From positions 1 to 38,345 of the forward strand of contig DIRG01000012.1 of the NCBI GenBank assembly GCA_002427475.1: DNA of 38,345 nucleotides, given 5' to 3'. Numbering within the stretch: the first letter of the stretch is position 1; each line of letters opens with the position of its first letter. Below the pieces are notes generated by a model. The model searched no databases. It worked only from the letters and a program-made list of their open reading frames with translations, and had not been told where the DNA came from. Shown here piece by piece: positions 32,576 to 38,345 of this stretch. The stretch comes from Mageeibacillus sp. UBA5442. Its GTDB lineage: Bacteria > Bacillota > Clostridia > Saccharofermentanales > DTU023. The translations under genes and the position numbers were made by a program.

Positions 32576-33745
32576 TTAAGGCTGAAAAGCGGCCAAGACA
32601 GTTGCGGCATCCTCGGTTTCATACCAGGCAAGCAGCAAGTCGACAACGCCACCGTAGCTTTTGACGCCGTCTTCTTCACGATTGGCTCTGAGATAGCTAT
32701 CGTTAATCTGAGTGGAAACTTCGGCTATAGGTGTTTCGTAGGCCTTCCAGTAAATACTTTCATTATTCAGGTCCTGCGCGATTAGATCTGTAACGGTTTC
32801 AGCGTAGACTGCAGACCAGCGTTCCCGATCTTCAAGCGCCAACCTCCTAGAGAGGTCCTTCCAAGCGCTGATCAGTCCCGAATATTGCCAAACAGGATCC
32901 GGATGGACGAAACAGCTAAGTAAGGCGACGAAATCAGTCTCGTTCTCGCGGGCGAAGCCTCGAGTATGTGCCAATTCGTGTGCTATCGTCGCTGGAATCA
33001 TGAAATCCGGCTGGTCGATATTAATATTTGCCTCAACCCACATCGGCACGTACATGCCCACTATCTTAGTGTAAGACCAGTATCTCGAAAGCAAGACCGC
33101 CTTGGGCTTGCTGCGAATAGGGCTGGAGAGAGCCGACCAACGCTCGCCGGCAAGATCCCAGCCAAGATAAGCTTCTTGCTGCAGCTCTTTAATGGTGCCT
33201 GCGTATATGTTGCCGTCTCCATCTTCGGGGAGTTTGGCTCTGACATTCGCCGCTGCTAGTCCGAAACCGCGCATAGCTCTTTCCAGCTCCTCTATAGGAC
33301 GGTCTTTGACATCGATTTCCAAGGCATCTGCCACAGGGGAGCGAGCATAGTTGATGCCGAGCAAGGCGAGGAAGAGCGAGAACATTATCAAAGCTACGCT
33401 TGCAAGAATGAGGCTGCCCCGCAAGACGCGACGCCAGCGCTGTGACTTGTTTCTTATCAGGCGGACGATAGCAAAGACAAGCAAGGCCAGCAGGGCAGGC
33501 ACACCTAGGACTACTAAGATTTCTGTCAAAGAGAGTGGAAGGAGTCCTGTGAGACCAGTGACTACTCTGGCTAGAGGTGTGAAAATCTTGGCAGTATAAA
33601 AATCGGCAACATTGCTGTTGTTAAAGGCGATCGCACGCAAGATAAGCAGGACAGACGTAAGAAAAACAGCTACTAAGAAGAAAATCAAAGAGCGCCTAAG
33701 GTGAGGTTTTGGTCTATTAGAGTCTGAATGTTTCTTATTCTGCAC
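32576..33745 (-). CDS. DUF3810-family membrane protein with an HExxH zinc-peptidase-like motif
   Basis: GTG start. N-terminal transmembrane segments. Motif ATIAHELAHTRGFARENETDFVALL. Confidence 0.7.
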   Translation of the reverse strand: MQNKKHSDSNRPKPHLRRSLIFFLVAVFLTSVLLILRAIAFNNSNVADFYTAKIFTPLARVVTGLTGLLPLSLTEILVVLGVPALLALLVFAIVRLIRNKSQRWRRVLRGSLILASVALIMFSLFLALLGINYARSPVADALEIDVKDRPIEELERAMRGFGLAAANVRAKLPEDGDGNIYAGTIKELQQEAYLGWDLAGERWSALSSPIRSKPKAVLLSRYWSYTKIVGMYVPMWVEANINIDQPDFMIPATIAHELAHTRGFARENETDFVALLSCFVHPDPVWQYSGLISAWKDLSRRLALEDRERWSAVYAETVTDLIAQDLNNESIYWKAYETPIAEVSTQINDSYLRANREEDGVKSYGGVVDLLLAWYETEDAATVLAAFQP

Positions 33746-33810
33746 GGGACACTCGCTTCGGCTTTTGTCCCATTATTGCATAAATAAGTAGGGCTAGTCT
33801 ATTTTATTGA

Positions 33811-34923
33811 TTAATCCTCCACATAATGCTTGATCACATTTTGCGTATCTTTGTCAAAAAGATGAACTCTGTCGATCTGGGGCAAAAACGAGACGATATC
33901 TCCTGCTTTAAGTTTGGTATCGGCACCGGTCTTGATAGTATGCAGTTGGTCTTGCACATAGACATGGAGTTGAACTTCGTTACCCAGCAATTCAGTTACG
34001 AAGATTTCGGCCTTGATGCCGTCCTCCGCCACGAAGTTTATATGTTCAGGACGCGCCCCGAAGATAATTTCCTTATTCAGGTAGGGCCTGACATTGTCTA
34101 CATTTTCAACGTCGATGGGGAAACGAAAGACGCCAAAGTGATTATTGTCGCCTTCGAGTACAAATCGCCCATCAGTTTCAGTTAAGCGCACGTTATAAAA
34201 GTTCATCTGCGGCGATCCTATAAAGCCTGCTACAAAGAGATTCTCCGGTCGATTATAGACCGTTTCAGGTGTTGCCACCTGCATAATATGTCCTTCATTC
34301 ATAACGCAGATGCGGCTACCCATGGTCATAGCTTCGGTCTGATCGTGAGTTACGTAGACGAAGGTCGTGTTGAGGTCATCGTGCAATTTGATTAATTCAG
34401 CCCGCATCTGGACACGTAGTTTCGCATCAAGGTTGGAGAGAGGTTCATCCATCAAGAAAACGCGCGGATGCCTGACAATCGCCCGGCCGAGAGCGACACG
34501 CTGGCGTTGTCCACCTGATAAAGCCTTAGGCTTCTTGTCCAGCTGCGTGGCAATATCCAGAATCTCTGCCGCCTCTTCGATCCTTTCCTTGATCACTTCT
34601 TTATCCAGCTTCTGGATTTTCAGCCCGAAAGCCAGATTTTCGTAGACCGACATATGAGGATAGAGAGCATAGTTTTGAAAGACCATGGCAATGTTTCTAT
34701 CACGCGGATCGACATCGTTCATTAGTTCGTCACCGATATAGAGTTCTCCGGACGATATCTCTTCCAAGCCGGCTATCATTCTCAGCGTAGTTGTCTTACC
34801 ACAACCGGAAGGACCGACCAGCACGATGAATTCACCATCCTCGATCTCCAAGTTAATGGATTTTACAGCTTCGAACTTATTGTCGTAGATTTTTGTCAGG
34901 TTTTTTAATGTAATCCCAGCCAT
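33811..34923 (-). CDS. Sugar ABC transporter ATP-binding protein (MsmK/MalK/UgpC type)
   Basis: GPSGCGKTT, LSGGQRQRVALGRA, FLMDEPLSNLD, plus a C-terminal TOBE-like domain. Start set at ATG 34923, with GGAGG 7 nt upstream inside the end of the preceding gene. The track start at 34941 is less likely. Confidence 0.9.
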   Translation of the reverse strand: MAGITLKNLTKIYDNKFEAVKSINLEIEDGEFIVLVGPSGCGKTTTLRMIAGLEEISSGELYIGDELMNDVDPRDRNIAMVFQNYALYPHMSVYENLAFGLKIQKLDKEVIKERIEEAAEILDIATQLDKKPKALSGGQRQRVALGRAIVRHPRVFLMDEPLSNLDAKLRVQMRAELIKLHDDLNTTFVYVTHDQTEAMTMGSRICVMNEGHIMQVATPETVYNRPENLFVAGFIGSPQMNFYNVRLTETDGRFVLEGDNNHFGVFRFPIDVENVDNVRPYLNKEIIFGARPEHINFVAEDGIKAEIFVTELLGNEVQLHVYVQDQLHTIKTGADTKLKAGDIVSFLPQIDRVHLFDKDTQNVIKHYVED

Positions 34924-34925
34924 TC

Positions 34926-37733
34926 TTATGCCTCCAACCAATTTATTATGTATGATGATGCGTCAGCGATCGTTGCGAATACAGCGTCCGCCTCATCGAG
35001 GTCCTCGTCTCCAATTCCTACTGCAGTCATGCCTGCAGTCTTTATACTTCTGATGCCTGCTCGGGCATCTTCTATTCCCAGGCAGTCCTCAGCCGGAAGT
35101 CCCAAAACTTCAGAAGCTTTGAGGAAAGTGTCCGGAAAAGGCTTGCCCCGCTCAACTTCAGTAGGATCAATAATTACGTCGAATAGATCCTCGATTTCCA
35201 TGTTCTCCACCAGCTGAGCCGCGTTTTGGCTTGCGGACACTAAGCCGAGGAGGAAGCCCTTTTCTTTGATCTCTTCCAGTAGCTCTCTTGCTCCGGGATA
35301 GAGTTTGTCCGGCGTGAAATGGCTGATAGATTCCTGATAATAATTATTCTTTCTATCTGCCAACTCCTGCTTTTCATCGTCTGAATAGTCCAAGCCGAAA
35401 TAGGCTAAGATTCTATCCAGAGATTCCATGCGGGAAATGCCACGAAGGCTGTCGCGGAATTTTTCCGGTAAGATCAAACCGAGATCCGTGCTCATGCGTT
35501 TCCATGCTTCGTAGTGATTGTCGGACGTACCGGTCAAAACACCGTCCAAATCAAAGAGCGCCGCCTTCTGGCCTAAGAGCCTGCGTTCGCCGTTTACGAT
35601 TACCTCGGCAGGAGAACCGCTGATCTTCTTTATGTCTGTCATATCTTCAGATATGAGCACTTCGAGTACAGAGGAACGCCAGGTGAATCTGATTTTTATA
35701 CGCCCCAGTCTTTCGTGGACATAAGGATCGATGTGCAGGCCCTCTTCGTCAAGGCTGAGACCGCCAAATCCAGCCAGGACCGAAAGAATAGAACCGCCGA
35801 TATTGGCCATGTGCAAACCGTCAGCAGTGTTCCTGTTGAGATCTTTCAAATCCAGATTAACGGAATCCATAAAGTGCTTATAGGCCAGGACGTCGTCCTT
35901 CAGCCTACAGGCGACAAGAACCGTAACGGAGGGAGACAGAGAGGAATCATGAGTGTTGATAGCTTCGTAGTAGTAGAAGGTGCGCTTCATGACCTCTTCA
36001 TCCACATCGGGAACGAGAAATAAGGCCAGTGCGGTATCTGCCTGTTTCAGTATCTGATATCTATAGATCGTCAAGGGATGATAGTGCAAGAGGAGCGGCC
36101 TGGCCTCGCTCTCTTTCGGCCATTGAGCTTTGGAGAGGAAAGTGGAGTCTTGTCCCAGGATGCCTTTTTCCTCATCGTAGATATAGACCATCTCCTGCGC
36201 GGCACGGCCCATCGCTTCAATCTCATCTTCTCTGATTTGGAGATGTTCATTCAGCCGCAGCCATTCACTAGGCCTTTCGGCCTCGAGGATGTGCCACATC
36301 TTTACGGCCCATTGCAAATTGTACTGTGCCATCTTATTGGTGTAATAGTTGTCGGACACCATCGCAGTATATTCGTCAGGGCCGGTGACACCGTGGATGT
36401 GGAAACCGTCGTTTTGGAAAGAACCGATTTCTAGTGCTGTCCTAGCCGTCTCAATGACCAGTTCCATGGCGTACTTGGCTAGGTAATCGAGATCCTTAGT
36501 TGCCAGCCAGTATTGAATGAAGGTGTACGCTATATCGAAACTCACATGATACTGGGCAGTGCCGGCAGGGAAATAACTAGAAGACTCGATCCCGGAGATT
36601 GTTCTCCAGGGGAAACAGGCTCCTTTTCTGTGTCCCAGTTCTCTGGCGCGCTCGCGAGCTTGCGGGAGGATATTGAAGCGGTAGAGAAGCAGGTTCTTTG
36701 CTCGTTTTTTATCCCAGAAGAGCCAGACAGGAAAGAGGAACATTTCCGTGTCCCAGAAATAGTGTCCCTCGTAGCCTTCGCCGCTCAAGCCCTTGGCCGA
36801 GATGTTCCCGTGAATATCCTGGGTGGTCGCTTGCAAGAGATGAAATTCCGTAAACTGCATAGTTGCGTCCAGCTGAGGATTGTCGAGGAATTCGATAGCG
36901 GCTTTATTATCGAAGTCTTTTAAGAAGGCTTTCTGCTCCTTGTAGAGCTCCTCTTTTTCAATGAAATCGCATTCATTATCCCTGATGCTATCCCAATATT
37001 TGACCAAACGCGTTAGTTCCAGTTTGCCTTCTTGAGTGTAAGAGATATTCAGCTCGTCCTCAGTCAAGACAGCAGCAGAATCAAAAGAACCGTCATCGAC
37101 GAAATCAATTTTCACCTCGATGTCAGAATTGATGGTCTTAAGACGGATAGCACCCTCGCTGGCTTCGTAAGAAACATCTTTTGTCTCGATGAGAACTATG
37201 GAACTCGAAGCGATGCGTGGATCGCCTTCGCTCGTCATGTTTCTTATTTCAAAATCGAAATGGTTTTTGACTTCGATTTCGCCGTCATATTCGATGAGCA
37301 AAGACCAAGATCTCAACTCCTTATAAGGGAAGGAGAAGAGCTGCTCGAAACTGAGCTTCGCTATTTTCCCACTATCAGTCTCATAAGTGTAACTGCGCCG
37401 GGAGAGACCCTTTTCGAAGTCCAGTTCCCGCACGAAATCCTCAATTGGACCGTCCGGTTCAACTTCCTCCTCATCAAGGAAGATTGTTATATCGAACAAG
37501 TCAATCAGGTTGGGCATTCTATCCGCTATCATCGGGAAACCGGAGGCCCATTCAGCATAGTTCAGCGGAATGCGCTCGTAGATGCCATTCATGTAATTGC
37601 CACGGACAGATCCGGGATAATCAAATTCTTCCAAATAGCCTCTGGTTCCGATATAGCCGTTGCCCAAGGACATTAAGCTTTCTAAAAGCGGCAACCTCTC
37701 GAGATCAAAGCCTTCTTCAATGTATTTCTTCAA
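34926..37733 (-). CDS. GH65 disaccharide phosphorylase (maltose/kojibiose/trehalose/nigerose class) fused to beta-phosphoglucomutase
   Basis: TTG start with AAGGAG 7 nt upstream. GH65 motifs GNGYIGTRG, VTGPDEYTAMV and HDSSLSPS. The last 213 codons (34929-35567) form a HAD beta-PGM domain (LFDLDGVLTGTS, GLVSAS, GIEDARAGI). Confidence 0.85.
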   Translation of the reverse strand: MKKYIEEGFDLERLPLLESLMSLGNGYIGTRGYLEEFDYPGSVRGNYMNGIYERIPLNYAEWASGFPMIADRMPNLIDLFDITIFLDEEEVEPDGPIEDFVRELDFEKGLSRRSYTYETDSGKIAKLSFEQLFSFPYKELRSWSLLIEYDGEIEVKNHFDFEIRNMTSEGDPRIASSSIVLIETKDVSYEASEGAIRLKTINSDIEVKIDFVDDGSFDSAAVLTEDELNISYTQEGKLELTRLVKYWDSIRDNECDFIEKEELYKEQKAFLKDFDNKAAIEFLDNPQLDATMQFTEFHLLQATTQDIHGNISAKGLSGEGYEGHYFWDTEMFLFPVWLFWDKKRAKNLLLYRFNILPQARERARELGHRKGACFPWRTISGIESSSYFPAGTAQYHVSFDIAYTFIQYWLATKDLDYLAKYAMELVIETARTALEIGSFQNDGFHIHGVTGPDEYTAMVSDNYYTNKMAQYNLQWAVKMWHILEAERPSEWLRLNEHLQIREDEIEAMGRAAQEMVYIYDEEKGILGQDSTFLSKAQWPKESEARPLLLHYHPLTIYRYQILKQADTALALFLVPDVDEEVMKRTFYYYEAINTHDSSLSPSVTVLVACRLKDDVLAYKHFMDSVNLDLKDLNRNTADGLHMANIGGSILSVLAGFGGLSLDEEGLHIDPYVHERLGRIKIRFTWRSSVLEVLISEDMTDIKKISGSPAEVIVNGERRLLGQKAALFDLDGVLTGTSDNHYEAWKRMSTDLGLILPEKFRDSLRGISRMESLDRILAYFGLDYSDDEKQELADRKNNYYQESISHFTPDKLYPGARELLEEIKEKGFLLGLVSASQNAAQLVENMEIEDLFDVIIDPTEVERGKPFPDTFLKASEVLGLPAEDCLGIEDARAGIRSIKTAGMTAVGIGDEDLDEADAVFATIADASSYIINWLEA

Positions 37734-37737
37734 ATCA

Positions 37738-38345
37738 TCACTCCTTCAATGCGCCGGAGGTCAATCCGGATACAATTTGTCGTTGGAAGAGAATTACGAT
37801 AATTAAAGTTGGTATGGTTACCAATATAGTAGCAGCAGCAACCTGTCCCCAGAAAATTTCGAATTGTCCCCTCAAGAACGAAATACTTACCGTTGCCGTG
37901 CGCCAAGCCTCGTTTGTGTTCAAGGTCAGCGAGAGGAGGAATTCGTTCCAGGCACCGATAAAGACTATAATCGCTGCGGTGAAAATCCCCGGCGCTGCCA
38001 GCGGCAAGACTATCTTGAAGAAGGTGTTGAGTTTGGATGAGCCGTCCATGGTCGCCGACTCCTCCATTTCTTTTGGTATCTGGGCAAAGTGCGTTATCAG
38101 GATAAAGGTCGCTACCGGCAAGGTTATGTTGGAGTAGGGCAAAGATATGTAATAACTATTGGTCCAGCCTAGATTGATGAAAATCCGATAGATCGGGCCG
38201 ATCACTATCATTTGTGGGAACATTGAGATGGCCAGAATGACTACAGTTAGGAGCTTTTTGAATTTGAAATCCAATCTGGCGATAGCATAAGCCCCCAAGG
38301 AAGCAACGAAGGTGACGTATACGGTTGTTATCGTAGAGATCACCA
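37738..38345 (-). CDS. Carbohydrate ABC transporter permease (MalG/CUT1 type), N-terminus outside the window
   Basis: EAA loop EESATMDGSSKLNTFFKIVLPLAAPG. The ORF runs off the window edge. Confidence 0.85.
   Translation of the reverse strand, partial: VISTITTVYVTFVASLGAYAIARLDFKFKKLLTVVILAISMFPQMIVIGPIYRIFINLGWTNSYYISLPYSNITLPVATFILITHFAQIPKEMEESATMDGSSKLNTFFKIVLPLAAPGIFTAAIIVFIGAWNEFLLSLTLNTNEAWRTATVSISFLRGQFEIFWGQVAAATILVTIPTLIIVILFQRQIVSGLTSGALKE

Noticed and set aside
32479-32679. 66-aa minus-strand ORF overlapping the 3' end of the DUF3810 gene and the following intergenic region
   Set aside because: It is out of frame with the DUF3810 gene, has no RBS, and covers the likely promoter region of the BMP-like gene.
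37032-38137. Long plus-strand ORFs (214 and 230 aa) antisense to the GH65 and permease genes
   Set aside because: The opposite strand encodes proteins with unambiguous family motifs. These ORFs have odd Ser/Arg/Ile-rich composition and no RBS, which is typical of antisense shadow ORFs.
1-38345. CRISPR arrays, transposases or integrases, tRNA/rRNA genes, prophage or known defence-system genes
   Set aside because: I looked for direct-repeat arrays, terminal inverted repeats, recombinase motifs and tRNA-like cloverleaf segments and found none. Apart from the 450-aa zinc-ribbon protein at 28193-29542, every large ORF is accounted for by metabolic, transport or regulatory families.

Overview
This is a Firmicute-type (probably Clostridia) chromosomal segment. 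Evidence: strong GGAGG ribosome-binding sites (RBSs), many lipoproteins, and ECF (energy-coupling factor) and BMP-type transporters. I saw no rRNA, tRNA, CRISPR array or mobile element. There are four blocks. (1) 1-19059, + strand: a nucleoside salvage island. It holds a COG0402 deaminase-like amidohydrolase, three nucleoside phosphorylases (PunA, DeoD, Pdp) and two complete paralogous BMP-family nucleoside ABC transporters. It also carries adenosylhomocysteinase, an Ldh_2 oxidoreductase, a Crp/Fnr regulator and an orphan BtuF/FhuD-type binding lipoprotein. (2) 19154-21664, - strand: an ArsR/SmtB metal sensor plus a CPC-type P1B heavy-metal ATPase. (3) 21876-27978, + strand: the most interesting part. 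A cobalamin riboswitch with an intrinsic terminator precedes a four-gene operon. The operon encodes a lipoprotein fusing a transcobalamin-like (DUF4430) domain to a beta-propeller, a second small DUF4430 lipoprotein, a triple-fused ECF T-A-A' module and an ECF S component. I read this as a corrinoid capture and uptake system whose extracellular part is not a described system. Next come an uncharacterised charged zinc-ribbon protein, a type I asparaginase and a cyclase-family gene with an apparent 1-nt frameshift at codon 3. (4) 31187-38345, - strand: a sugar-utilisation operon tail (MalG-like permease, a GH65 phosphorylase fused to beta-phosphoglucomutase, an MsmK-type ATPase), a DUF3810 HExxH membrane protein and a divergent orphan BMP-like lipoprotein. 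All family assignments come from motifs read by eye. No database search was run.
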